In this document: one piece after another, positions 52,509 through 61,531 of the stretch | How the letters are laid out: the number at the start of each line of letters is the position of its first letter | Position numbering within the stretch: position 1 is the first letter of the stretch | Source: a virus | Length of the DNA stretch: 64,000 nucleotides | Strand: one strand, 5' to 3' | Virus record (IMG/VR): IMGVR_UViG_3300050343_000182 | The notes under the pieces: generated by a model | What the model was told of the DNA's origin: nothing | The model's database searches: none | Seen by the model: the letters and a program-made list of their open reading frames with translations, nothing else | Made by a program: the position numbers and the translations under genes

Positions 52509-53591
52509 ATGACATTCGCACCACACCCTGTGACCACCAATCAAATCGTTGACTACCTTCAAAGCAAGCACGGCGAGCAAGTTGGCACCACAGAATTGCT
52601 TGGTGCTGCTGAGCACTTCTCCTGCTCCTTTGCTACTGTCAAGAAGCGTCTCACTGAATACAAAGCAGGTATTGGTAAGTGGAATCTGTCTGTGCAAGAA
52701 GTCAAGCAACAACTTGAGACTGTCGTGAAGCACAGTGAATCACTCATTCCTTCTAAGGATGCCAACTACGTTCCCTTTGGCAACGCTACAGACCTTAAGA
52801 AGATCATCAAGTCCAAGATCTTCTACCCTACATTCATCACTGGTCTCTCAGGTAACGGTAAGACCCTTGGTGTGGAGCAATCCTGTGCTCAACTCGGACG
52901 TGAGTTGATCCGCGTAAACATTACTGTTGAAACTGATGAAGACGATCTTATTGGCGGTTTCCGTCTTGTCGATGGCAATACTGTATGGCACAATGGACCA
53001 GTTATTGAAGCCCTTGAGCGGGGAGCAGTGCTCCTTCTTGACGAGATCGATCTCGCATCCAACAAAATCCTCTGCCTGCAGTCCATACTAGAAGGTAAGG
53101 GTGTCTTCCTCAAGAAGATTGGTCGCCACGTCACACCTGCCCCTGGTTTCAACGTCTTTGCTACTGCTAATACTAAGGGTAAAGGCAGCGATGACGGTCG
53201 TTTCATCGGCACCAACGTGCTCAATGAGGCATTCCTTGAGCGTTTCCCTGTGACCTTTGAGCAAGAGTATCCTGCTCCTGCTATTGAGATCAAGATGCTC
53301 AATAACTACTGCTCTGAGTTGGATTGCTGCGATGATGACTTCATCAAGAACCTTGTTGCATGGGCAGACATCATCCGTAAGACTTTCAAGGATGGTGGTG
53401 TCGATGAGGTGATCTCCACCCGTCGTCTTGTCCACATCATTCGTGCTTACAGCATCTTCTCTGACCGTGTGAAGGCAATTAAGGTCTGCCTCAATCGTTT
53501 CGATGACGAGACCAAGCAATCATTCATCGAATTGTATGACAAGATCGATGCTGACGTTGACGTGTCAGTTGACAATCCCCTCAATCTCTGA
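52509..53591 (+). CDS. cobS: MoxR/CobS-like AAA+ ATPase
   Basis: GLSGNGKT, TDEDDLIGGF, LLLDEID, TANTKG.G...GRF.GTNVLNEAFLERF, ISTRRL. Confidence 0.85.
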   Translation: MTFAPHPVTTNQIVDYLQSKHGEQVGTTELLGAAEHFSCSFATVKKRLTEYKAGIGKWNLSVQEVKQQLETVVKHSESLIPSKDANYVPFGNATDLKKIIKSKIFYPTFITGLSGNGKTLGVEQSCAQLGRELIRVNITVETDEDDLIGGFRLVDGNTVWHNGPVIEALERGAVLLLDEIDLASNKILCLQSILEGKGVFLKKIGRHVTPAPGFNVFATANTKGKGSDDGRFIGTNVLNEAFLERFPVTFEQEYPAPAIEIKMLNNYCSELDCCDDDFIKNLVAWADIIRKTFKDGGVDEVISTRRLVHIIRAYSIFSDRVKAIKVCLNRFDDETKQSFIELYDKIDADVDVSVDNPLNL

Positions 53592-53597
53592 TATCCT
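53569..53597 (+). promoter_or_regulatory. Sigma70-type promoter
   Basis: TTGACA (53569-53574), 17 nt, TATCCT (53592-53597), upstream of the clamp operon. Confidence 0.65.
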
Positions 53598-53619
53598 TTA
53601 TAGATAATCTCTGTATATT

Positions 53620-53910
53620 ATGGCAAACAAGTATAACGAAGAAGAGATCATCAAGGAGTTGAAAGACTACATCTGCGCCACCTACCAGCAGCACTATTCC
53701 AGTGGTAATGGTGAAGGTGTCCAGACCCTTGATCTCATCAATGCTTGTGGTGACGCTGAGGCATTCTGTAGGAGTAACATCCTGAAGTATGCCTCTCGCT
53801 ATGACAAGAAAGGCACTGCTAGACGTGACCTTATGAAAGTGCTACACTACGCTGTGTTACTGATTCATTTCAGTGACGAATCAGCAATCAAAGAAACTTA
53901 CCCCCAGTAA
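53620..53910 (+). CDS. DUF3310-like protein
   Basis: TYQQHY, AFCRSNILKYASRY.KKG...DL.K..HYA. Confidence 0.7.
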   Translation: MANKYNEEEIIKELKDYICATYQQHYSSGNGEGVQTLDLINACGDAEAFCRSNILKYASRYDKKGTARRDLMKVLHYAVLLIHFSDESAIKETYPQ

Positions 53911-53912
53911 CT

Positions 53913-54635
53913 ATGCAAGCCGAAGCAAGACAAACTGTTAAATTGAGCAAGCAAACCATTGAGGTGCTTCGCAACTTCAGTGCTATTAACAAGTCTATTC
54001 TTATTGATCCTGGTAAGTTTGTAGAAACGATGTCAGTCAATAAGAATATCATCGCAGCAAGCGACATCCGTGAAGGAATCCCTGAGCAGATGGCAATCTA
54101 TGATCTGCCACTCTTCCTCGGTGCTCTGTCACTTTTCAAGACTCCCACTCTCTTCTTCCCTGATAACAAGAAGGTTGTGATCTATGATGAGGACACCAAG
54201 GGTAAGACCACCTTCTACTACAGTGACCCTGAGATCATCGGCAGAGTCCCTGAGTTTAATCCTGACCTCCCTGATCCTGAATTGTTCTTTGACCTGCCAC
54301 AGCAGGACCTGGAGCAACTGATGCAGGCATCTAAAGTCTATGGTGTGGAAGATCTCTGCATCTATGGATATGAAGGTGAGTATAGTATCTGCGTGAAAGA
54401 CAAGAAGAATGACACGTCCAATGTCTTCTCCCTGCCACTGAAGAAACCAACCTTTAGTGACCCAGGTAACATGACAGTTGAGCGTATGACATTCTGTTAT
54501 TGTTTCAAGGTTGAGAACCTGAAACTGCTCCCTGGCAGTTACCATGTATGTCTCTCACGACGTAACATCGCTAACTTCTCCAGTCTCTCCAACTCCTCAC
54601 TCAACTATTTCATCGCACTCGAGCCTAACAAATGA
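53913..54635 (+). CDS. g45: Sliding clamp gp45
   Basis: LSKQTIEVLRNFSAINKSI, AIYDL..FL, YYSDP, FKVENLKLLPGSY, YFIALEP. Confidence 0.92.
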   Translation: MQAEARQTVKLSKQTIEVLRNFSAINKSILIDPGKFVETMSVNKNIIAASDIREGIPEQMAIYDLPLFLGALSLFKTPTLFFPDNKKVVIYDEDTKGKTTFYYSDPEIIGRVPEFNPDLPDPELFFDLPQQDLEQLMQASKVYGVEDLCIYGYEGEYSICVKDKKNDTSNVFSLPLKKPTFSDPGNMTVERMTFCYCFKVENLKLLPGSYHVCLSRRNIANFSSLSNSSLNYFIALEPNK

Positions 54636-55579
54636 GTAACAAACTGTTTCTTTGGGTAGAAAAGTATCGTCCTCAGACTATTGAGGAGTGCATTCTACCA
54701 GGAAGCACTAAGGAAATCTTTCAAGGTTTCCTTGATCAGGGTGAGATCCCTAATCTCTTACTCTCAGGGTCTGCTGGTGTTGGTAAAACTACTATCGCTA
54801 AGGCACTGTGTAAAGAGTTAGGTGCTGACTGTCTGGTTATCAACGGATCTGACGAAGGTCGTTTCCTCGATACCGTCCGTAATCAGGCAAAGGTATATGC
54901 TTCCACAGTATCGTTGACCTCCACTGCTAAGCACAAGGTCATCATTATTGATGAGGCAGACAACACCACACCTGATGTGCAGATGCTTCTTCGTGCTTGC
55001 ATCGAAGAGTTTCAAGGTAACTGTAGATTTATCTTCACTTGTAACTACAAGAACAAGATCATCTCCCCTCTACACTCACGATGCTCTGTTGTTGAATTCT
55101 CCCTCAAAGGTGAGGAGAAGCGAGCACTGGCAGGAGCATTCTTCAACCGTGTCAAAACTATCCTAGATAGTGAAGGCGTCAACTATGAGCCAAAGGTTGT
55201 CGCTGAGGTGGTCCAGAAACATTTCCCTGACTTCCGTCGCACACTCAATGAGTTGCAACGGTATTCTTCTTCGGGAAAGATTGACACAGGTATCCTTGGT
55301 GTCTCCAATGACATCAATATTACCAACCTCGTGGGATATATTCGCACAAAAGAGTTTACCAACATGAAGAAGTGGGTGACTCAGAATATGGACAACGAGC
55401 CTATTTCTATTATGAGAAAAATCTATGACAACCTCTACACCCATGTCCAACCAAAGTCCATTCCTGAAGCAGTGCTGGTCATCTCTGAGTATCAGTATAA
55501 GTCTGCTTTCGTTGTTGACCAAGAGATCAACATGGTGGCATTCCTGACTGAGTTAATGATGAGATGTGAATTCAAATGA
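54632..55579 (+). CDS. g44: Clamp loader large subunit gp44
   Basis: LWVEKYRP, GSAGVGKTT, IIDEAD, SPLHSRC, FPDFRR.LNELQ. Confidence 0.96.
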   Translation: MSNKLFLWVEKYRPQTIEECILPGSTKEIFQGFLDQGEIPNLLLSGSAGVGKTTIAKALCKELGADCLVINGSDEGRFLDTVRNQAKVYASTVSLTSTAKHKVIIIDEADNTTPDVQMLLRACIEEFQGNCRFIFTCNYKNKIISPLHSRCSVVEFSLKGEEKRALAGAFFNRVKTILDSEGVNYEPKVVAEVVQKHFPDFRRTLNELQRYSSSGKIDTGILGVSNDINITNLVGYIRTKEFTNMKKWVTQNMDNEPISIMRKIYDNLYTHVQPKSIPEAVLVISEYQYKSAFVVDQEINMVAFLTELMMRCEFK

Positions 55580-55866
55580 ATGTAAAACTATTCCGTATGC
55601 GGTCTGGCGAAGATGTCGTTGCAGACCTGATCGAAGACACTGCACTTAGTGTCACCTTCTGTAACCCTATTGTCGCTATCCCTAGTGGAGAAGGTAGACT
55701 GGGGTTTGCTCCTTGGGCACCACTCCTGAATGGACGTGATGCACCTGTGACTGTCCCCAAAGACTACCTTGTCTTCGGTCCTCTGGACACTCAAGAGGCA
55801 GTAGTCAAACAGTTTGAGCAAATGTTTAGTATCATTGAGACCCCTAGTAAAAAACTGATCATGTGA
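55576..55866 (+). CDS. Hypothetical protein (Sm-like fold candidate)
   Basis: VKLFRMRSGEDVVA, GFAPWAP. Confidence 0.7.
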   Translation: MNVKLFRMRSGEDVVADLIEDTALSVTFCNPIVAIPSGEGRLGFAPWAPLLNGRDAPVTVPKDYLVFGPLDTQEAVVKQFEQMFSIIETPSKKLIM

Positions 55867-56066
55867 TGATTGAAAAGAGGAGAGCACAAGTTAAGTCCAA
55901 ATTTTATTACATCTTCTGGGGTGTTGCTACTGTTTCAGTACTGCTAGGTCAACTCTATGTTGGTAGTGGATACCGTAAGTTGCATTACTCTATGGAAGAT
56001 CTAATTAATAAGGTTAACGGTGTGTTGTTGGAGGCAAAACCAAATCCATATGAGGGATACATGTGA
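55866..56066 (+). CDS. Small membrane protein
   Basis: FYYIFWGVATVSVLLGQLYVGSGYR TM segment. Confidence 0.6.
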   Translation: MIEKRRAQVKSKFYYIFWGVATVSVLLGQLYVGSGYRKLHYSMEDLINKVNGVLLEAKPNPYEGYM

Positions 56067-56728
56067 GGCAAAATTACGAAGCACTAAACTTCTTTCCTGT
56101 CCAGTGTTATGAGTTTCGTTGTGATCAATTTTTAGTTGACACTACTCTAGGTCTTTTACAAGACGTAGAGTATAAAGCATACAACGAACCTACTGGTGTT
56201 AAAACAAGCGATGACATTCATCGTAGGGAAGTATTCAAACCACTCATGTCCTGGTTTCAGGAGTGTGTGGATACCATTCACTTTGATGCTGGTTACGATT
56301 GTGATCGTCTGGCAGTCAATAAGGCATGGGCAAATAGATCCCTAGCAAATTCTGCTCATCATCATGATGCTCACAGACATCCTATGTCTTATCTGAGTGG
56401 TATCTTCTACCTCACTAAAGGTGCTCCTACAATCTTTGTTGACCCCCTCTTCCAGAGAGAGTGGGGATCTTTCCATTTAGATGGTAAAATCGCTCAGGAG
56501 TTGGCATTTCATGGTGGTCCAGGTGGGTTGGTTGTATTTCCTAGTTACATGATCCATGCTAGTTTACCCAATCATGATGATGTTGATAGGTATACTATTG
56601 CCTTCAATACCTATCCTGATGGGGGTATTAACCAAGGCGGATGGGGTAAACCTATGAGTAAAGTCAAAGTAGAATCATGGAATGATGATCTTGGACCATT
56701 GAAACTTAGTGACTATGCAAGGGACTGA
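56063..56728 (+). CDS. 2OG-Fe(II) oxygenase, TIGR02466-like
   Basis: W.N, HRHPMSYLSGIFYL, F.DP, LVVFPSYM.H, RYTIAFN. Confidence 0.8.
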   Translation: MRQNYEALNFFPVQCYEFRCDQFLVDTTLGLLQDVEYKAYNEPTGVKTSDDIHRREVFKPLMSWFQECVDTIHFDAGYDCDRLAVNKAWANRSLANSAHHHDAHRHPMSYLSGIFYLTKGAPTIFVDPLFQREWGSFHLDGKIAQELAFHGGPGGLVVFPSYMIHASLPNHDDVDRYTIAFNTYPDGGINQGGWGKPMSKVKVESWNDDLGPLKLSDYARD

Positions 56729-57353
56729 AGTACATATGTTTCCTGTCGTGTGCAGGACATATCAACAACCAGACGAGACTCTCAATCAACGTGTGATTGA
56801 ATCAATGGATGGGTATCCTGCTCAGCAGTCCAACTTTCCTGAAGGTGTCATTACTTCACGTCCTGATCTCCATAAACTTGAGGAGGGTCCTATCACAGAG
56901 TTGAGGCAGTTCTTCTGGGACTGTCTGGCAGAGTATAGGTATGCCTACAAACTCTACTGTGATGCCTTAGAGATCTCTTCTATGTGGTTTAACCATGCAC
57001 CTGCAGGGAGTGGGTATGGACACCCCTTACACAGGCATCCAATGTCCTATCTGAGTGCTGTCTACTACCTCACTCCAGGTGCTCCTACCTTCTTTGACGA
57101 TCCTGTTACACCTCGGACATACGACACACTAGATGTCTTCCAAGGTGATATGATGGAGCGTGATTGGGGTATCAATGAAAAGGTTGATGCACAGGAGAAT
57201 AAACTTATTCTCTTTCCCTCCTGGTTACGACACTACTCAGGTCGTCAACTAGATAACTATGACCGTTGGACTATTTCATTTAATGTATTCCCTTGTGGAA
57301 ACATAAATGTAGGTCCATTTGAAATGCCACAACTACACGTCTCTATACAATGA
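56709..57353 (+). CDS. 2OG-Fe(II) oxygenase, TIGR02466-like (paralogue)
   Basis: WFN, HRHPMSYLSAVYYL, LILFPSWLRH, RWTISFN. Confidence 0.8.
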   Translation: MTMQGTEVHMFPVVCRTYQQPDETLNQRVIESMDGYPAQQSNFPEGVITSRPDLHKLEEGPITELRQFFWDCLAEYRYAYKLYCDALEISSMWFNHAPAGSGYGHPLHRHPMSYLSAVYYLTPGAPTFFDDPVTPRTYDTLDVFQGDMMERDWGINEKVDAQENKLILFPSWLRHYSGRQLDNYDRWTISFNVFPCGNINVGPFEMPQLHVSIQ

Positions 57354-58195
57354 AGTATTTGAAAACTCCACTCCGTTATCCTGGTGGTAAATCAAGGGTA
57401 GCAAAGACGTTGCTTGAGAAATTCCCAAGTGAGATCAATGAATTTCGTGAGCCCTTCGTGGGTGGTGGGAGTGTAGCACTGCTATTCTCTCAGAAGTATC
57501 CTGACGTTCCCATATGGATTAATGATAAGTATGTCTACCTCTACAGTTTTTGGAAGATGCTCCAAGAGCGTGGCGATGAGTTATCGGATACTCTCTACAA
57601 TATCAAAGTCGAAAACAGCACGGAAGAAAAAGCGAAAGAGTTATTCGTATCTGCTAAAGCAGAGATATCCAACGCAGATACTTTTCGCCAAGCTGTGCTC
57701 TTTTGGATTCTTAATAAGTGTAGCTATAGCGGGTTGACTGAAAACTCTTCCTTCTCTAAGACTGCATCCAATCAAAACTTCACCACCCGTGGTGCTCATA
57801 ACCTGAAGAATATCTCTGAGATCATTCAGCACTGGCGTATCACTAACCTAGATTACCAGACCGTAATGAATACTGAGGAGGGGTTGAGTAATACATTCAT
57901 CTTCCTGGATCCTCCATACAAGATCAACACATATCTCTACGGCACTAACGCCGAGATGCATAAGAATTTTAACCACACTCAGTTTGTGGAAGACTGTAAG
58001 GTATGTCCTCACAGTTGGTTGGTTACATACAACATTGACGATGAGTTGAAAGAAGCATATACTGACTACCATCAAGAAGAGTTTCGTATTACCTATGGTA
58101 TGAAGCACCGTCCAGATAATAAACTCAAGACTGAATTGTTAGTTACCAACTTCACTGAATCCACTCCTCTGGCATCCCTTTATGAAACAGTATGA
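57350..58195 (+). CDS. dam: DNA adenine methyltransferase (D12/Dam family)
   Basis: PLRYPGGKS, EPFVGGGSV, IND, FLDPPY. Confidence 0.9.
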   Translation: MKYLKTPLRYPGGKSRVAKTLLEKFPSEINEFREPFVGGGSVALLFSQKYPDVPIWINDKYVYLYSFWKMLQERGDELSDTLYNIKVENSTEEKAKELFVSAKAEISNADTFRQAVLFWILNKCSYSGLTENSSFSKTASNQNFTTRGAHNLKNISEIIQHWRITNLDYQTVMNTEEGLSNTFIFLDPPYKINTYLYGTNAEMHKNFNHTQFVEDCKVCPHSWLVTYNIDDELKEAYTDYHQEEFRITYGMKHRPDNKLKTELLVTNFTESTPLASLYETV

Positions 58196-58574
58196 CATTC
58201 CTCTCAAAGATTACCTCAACAGTATCAACCTGAAGCAAGGGGATCTCTCAGAGGATCCTATTGCTATGAAGAAGTATCCAGCATACGTTATCAATAAGTG
58301 TATGATGCACCACATTGATACGTTGATGCACGCTAATGAGATGAATGCGTGTCAGAACTTAGATAGTGACTTACAATATCAATATTTCCTATATAGTGTT
58401 AGGAAATCGAAGAGATTTTCCCCGTGGGACAAGAAGATAAAAGACGGTGATCTTGACCTAGTTAAACGATACTATGGTTACAACACTGAGAAAGCACAAG
58501 CGGCACTAAAGATTCTAACCCAGGACCAGCTAAAAATTATTGCATCTAAATTGAATACTGGAGGTAAGAAATGA
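58182..58574 (+). CDS. g62: Clamp loader small subunit gp62
   Basis: DYLNSIN..., YPAYVIN, QYQYFLYSVRKSKRFSPW, YYGYN.EKA. Confidence 0.9.
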   Translation: MKQYDIPLKDYLNSINLKQGDLSEDPIAMKKYPAYVINKCMMHHIDTLMHANEMNACQNLDSDLQYQYFLYSVRKSKRFSPWDKKIKDGDLDLVKRYYGYNTEKAQAALKILTQDQLKIIASKLNTGGKK

Positions 58575-58993
58575 GCGATGAGATCCAATGGTCTCAAGAC
58601 ATGATGTTAGAAGTGACGCTTAAAGAACCCGACGATTTTCTCAAGGTAAGAGAAACCCTCACCCGTATTGGTGTTGCGTCTAGGAAAGAGCGCAAACTGT
58701 ATCAGTCTTGTCACATTCTCCACAAACGTGGTAAGTATTACGTCGTACACTTCAAGGAGTTGTTTGCGTTGGATGGTAAGCCAACAAACATCACTACGAA
58801 TGATATCGAACGTAGAAGTCGCATTGCGAAACTGTTATCAGACTGGGGTCTGATTGACATTGCTCGTGATGAAGAGGTAGGAGAGCTTGCTCCCCTTAAC
58901 CAAATCAAAGTTTTGTCCTTTAAGGATAAAGGTGAATGGTCTCTAGAGTCCAAATATAATATTGGGAAGAAAAAACAACCAGTTGAATCCTAA
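58571..58993 (+). CDS. regA: Translational repressor RegA
   Basis: DDFLKVRETLTRIG, LYQSCHILHK.G.YY.VHFKELF.LDG. Confidence 0.97.
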   Translation: MSDEIQWSQDMMLEVTLKEPDDFLKVRETLTRIGVASRKERKLYQSCHILHKRGKYYVVHFKELFALDGKPTNITTNDIERRSRIAKLLSDWGLIDIARDEEVGELAPLNQIKVLSFKDKGEWSLESKYNIGKKKQPVES

Positions 58994-59415
58994 TGTCACA
59001 AGAAACCACACCGAAGGAAGAACCTAAAAAGAAAGGTCTCCTAGGTAAAATCAAAGAAGCAGCTGATGACAAAGAAGAGCAGCTAGCTATTCTGTCTACT
59101 TTTGTTAGACTTGGTATTCTCGTTTGGAGTGGTGGTATACTCACTCTAGCGTATATTAAATTACCCCCTGCACTGGGTATTCCAGAGCAGAAACTCGATC
59201 CAACTTTCATAGCCAGCGTCTTCACAGGCGTTTTGGCTACTTTTGGTGTTCAGGCAGCAAAGAAAGCTGGAGAAGGTGGTGGTAATGGTGGTGGAATTAC
59301 CAAAGACCAGATGGAAAGATTGATTGAGAAAGCAGCACAGACTGCACCTTCACAGACTATTCGTCTTGAGCAGGGACCAATCAAAATTTCTACAGATGAA
59401 TCCTACAAACTGTAA
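58993..59415 (+). CDS. Two-TM membrane protein
   Basis: Two hydrophobic segments around DPTFIASVFTGVLATFGV. Confidence 0.7.
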   Translation: MSQETTPKEEPKKKGLLGKIKEAADDKEEQLAILSTFVRLGILVWSGGILTLAYIKLPPALGIPEQKLDPTFIASVFTGVLATFGVQAAKKAGEGGGNGGGITKDQMERLIEKAAQTAPSQTIRLEQGPIKISTDESYKL

Positions 59416-59420
59416 ATGTT

Positions 59421-59690
59421 ATGCAAAAACTAATTAATGTAATGGCAGTCCTATCATTTGTAGGTACTGCAGGTATCGTCGGAGGTGGCACCTATCTGTA
59501 TGTGCAGAAGGATGCAATTACCGCACAACTTATGGGTAAGGTTGCTGCAGCAGCGACAGAAGCAATCGCTGGTGCATTGCCTAGTATTGTGGATGGCGCA
59601 ATGCCTGAGTTACCTAAGGCAACAGGAGGTGCTGCTCTGCCTTTTGGTGAAGGTAAAGGTGGAGGAGTTCCTGGAATGAGATTGCCATGA
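59421..59690 (+). CDS. Membrane-anchored hypothetical protein
   Basis: MQKLINVMAVLSF N-terminal TM; Pro/Gly-rich tail. Confidence 0.7.
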   Translation: MQKLINVMAVLSFVGTAGIVGGGTYLYVQKDAITAQLMGKVAAAATEAIAGALPSIVDGAMPELPKATGGAALPFGEGKGGGVPGMRLP

Positions 59691-60256
59691 ATAATAAACT
59701 AAAGATTGTAGCTGCTACAGTTGGTGGTTTATTTGCTGTGGCACATATTGGATTACTTGGGTATGTAGTCAACAGGCCGAAGCATCCTCAGGTCCCTACC
59801 ATTAATATCCCACGAGGCACACCTTACTCTTCTTACAAAATAGAAGCAGGTAAGGATGGTTACAGTATCGAATACAAAGCAAACGATCCTGCTATCCTTG
59901 AGTCTCAGAAATCCTTAGACCTCACTAAAAGTAAAAGTGGTTTCTTTGGTGGTAAGACATATGAAGATCGCACCGAGTTTCGTAGTGATCAATACACTAT
60001 GGATGGGACTAGAAATATTGGGGGTGTTGATAGCGAGGGAAAGTCTGCGAAAGACGTACAGTGTTTAATCGCGGACGCTGGAGCACGCTCACAAGGTGCA
60101 ATGGCAGGTAGTGCTATCGCTGCTGGTGTTGCTGTCCCTGCTGTAATGGGTATCCCATACGTTGGATGGCTAGCAGGTGGTTGGGCATTGCTTCTGGGTC
60201 AGAAGGCAGGCTCATCGGTTGGATCACAAGTGGGGTCAGTATTTAATGATTGCTAA
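59687..60256 (+). CDS. Membrane protein with C-terminal glycine zipper
   Basis: GAMAGSAIAAG...GWLAGGWALLLGQKAGSSVG. Confidence 0.7.
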   Translation: MNNKLKIVAATVGGLFAVAHIGLLGYVVNRPKHPQVPTINIPRGTPYSSYKIEAGKDGYSIEYKANDPAILESQKSLDLTKSKSGFFGGKTYEDRTEFRSDQYTMDGTRNIGGVDSEGKSAKDVQCLIADAGARSQGAMAGSAIAAGVAVPAVMGIPYVGWLAGGWALLLGQKAGSSVGSQVGSVFNDC

Positions 60257-60264
60257 TTTTAATT

Positions 60265-60756
60265 ATGAAAGAGTTGATTGTCCCTCAAACCCATGAGTAT
60301 CATGAGTTAAAGAGTCTGGTAACAGGGGAGTTTTTCCCCTGGATGCGGACTCAAAATCAGTTAGATAATTTTTACTTCTATAGTCATATCTTTCTAGAGA
60401 GACCTGAGATTGCTGGATACCCAGTGCAACAATGTGAATATCTACAGTTATTCCAGGTTGTCTTTAGTCAGATCTGTCAACATAACGAGGACATAGGATT
60501 CAACTACCTCTTAAGGATGAATGCAAATGCTATTGAGCCGTTGCCATCCAACCCTAAGATTGGTGCTGTGCATGAAGACCATACCTTCCCACATAAAAAC
60601 GTTATCATATATTTGACGGACGCTGGTGGTGATACCATCGCTGGCGATGAATCATTCCCTGCAAATGAAGACACTGCGTGCCTATTTGAAGGACCACATT
60701 GTCATGCTCTACCTGAGAAAGATCGTCGTGTTGTATTGGTGGTGACCTATGCCTGA
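60265..60756 (+). CDS. 2OG-Fe(II) oxygenase-like protein
   Basis: H-E-D-H, IIYL.DAGGDT, FEG.HCH, RRVVLV. Confidence 0.6.
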   Translation: MKELIVPQTHEYHELKSLVTGEFFPWMRTQNQLDNFYFYSHIFLERPEIAGYPVQQCEYLQLFQVVFSQICQHNEDIGFNYLLRMNANAIEPLPSNPKIGAVHEDHTFPHKNVIIYLTDAGGDTIAGDESFPANEDTACLFEGPHCHALPEKDRRVVLVVTYA

Positions 60757-61531
60757 TATTCCTGATATTGATATCAATATTAGAAACATTGACATTGGGA
60801 ATGTTAGAATTTCTGAAGTCCGTGATTGGATTGTAAATCCTCCAAGAGTAATCCCACCCAATGTCCCTATCACAGAGCAGATAGGTGTGCCTATTGTAGA
60901 CATGCCTGGATGTGTAGAGGCACACGAATCAAAAAATAATTCTAATACTGTAGGTGTAGATGATGAGAATGGACTGATAACATACTGCGATGCTGGTATG
61001 CCAAACTTCAGTCCTCTTGACTACGACACTAACAAGATGGACTTTGAGTATAACTCTCCAGTCCCACCAGTAAACTCTCCTGAGCAACCAGAGGTTGACA
61101 CACCAGAGATCCCTGCAGGCACTGGTGCAGCGACTGCAAAGGTAGACTGTCCCACAGAGACACAAGCATTAAAAGAACCAGTCGGACACATCAAGGGTGA
61201 CAAGAAGGTCACTGAGTATCGACTGGTTGGTAAGGAGTGTATACAGGTAACAGATAAACTATCCATTCCTGATCAGGTTATAGGTAATCTTCCTAGTGCT
61301 GGTGCTGTTACTGCGACTGCATCGATTGCTGTCGTTGCAACGACTGCTGCACTGCTTTCAAAACCGCTTGCCGATCTAATTCTGAAAGTGGTGAAGCCGA
61401 CTGTGAAGAAGGTAATGAAGAAGATTGCTGCGATACGGGGGAAGACTCCTCCGATTGAGTCGTCAAAGGAGCGCCAAGATCAGCAGCGGATTCGCTCACA
61501 CGCGATTCGGAAACTGAAGGGGAAGGAATAG
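60749..61531 (+). CDS. Pro-rich protein with C-terminal TM anchor
   Basis: IGVPIVDMPGCVEAH, CDAGMP, ATASIAVVATTAALL. Confidence 0.7.
   Translation: MPDIPDIDINIRNIDIGNVRISEVRDWIVNPPRVIPPNVPITEQIGVPIVDMPGCVEAHESKNNSNTVGVDDENGLITYCDAGMPNFSPLDYDTNKMDFEYNSPVPPVNSPEQPEVDTPEIPAGTGAATAKVDCPTETQALKEPVGHIKGDKKVTEYRLVGKECIQVTDKLSIPDQVIGNLPSAGAVTATASIAVVATTAALLSKPLADLILKVVKPTVKKVMKKIAAIRGKTPPIESSKERQDQQRIRSHAIRKLKGKE

Noticed and set aside
52509-53591. cobS as evidence for phage cobalamin synthesis
   Set aside because: No cobN or other cob genes in the window; a MoxR/vWA chaperone reading fits better.
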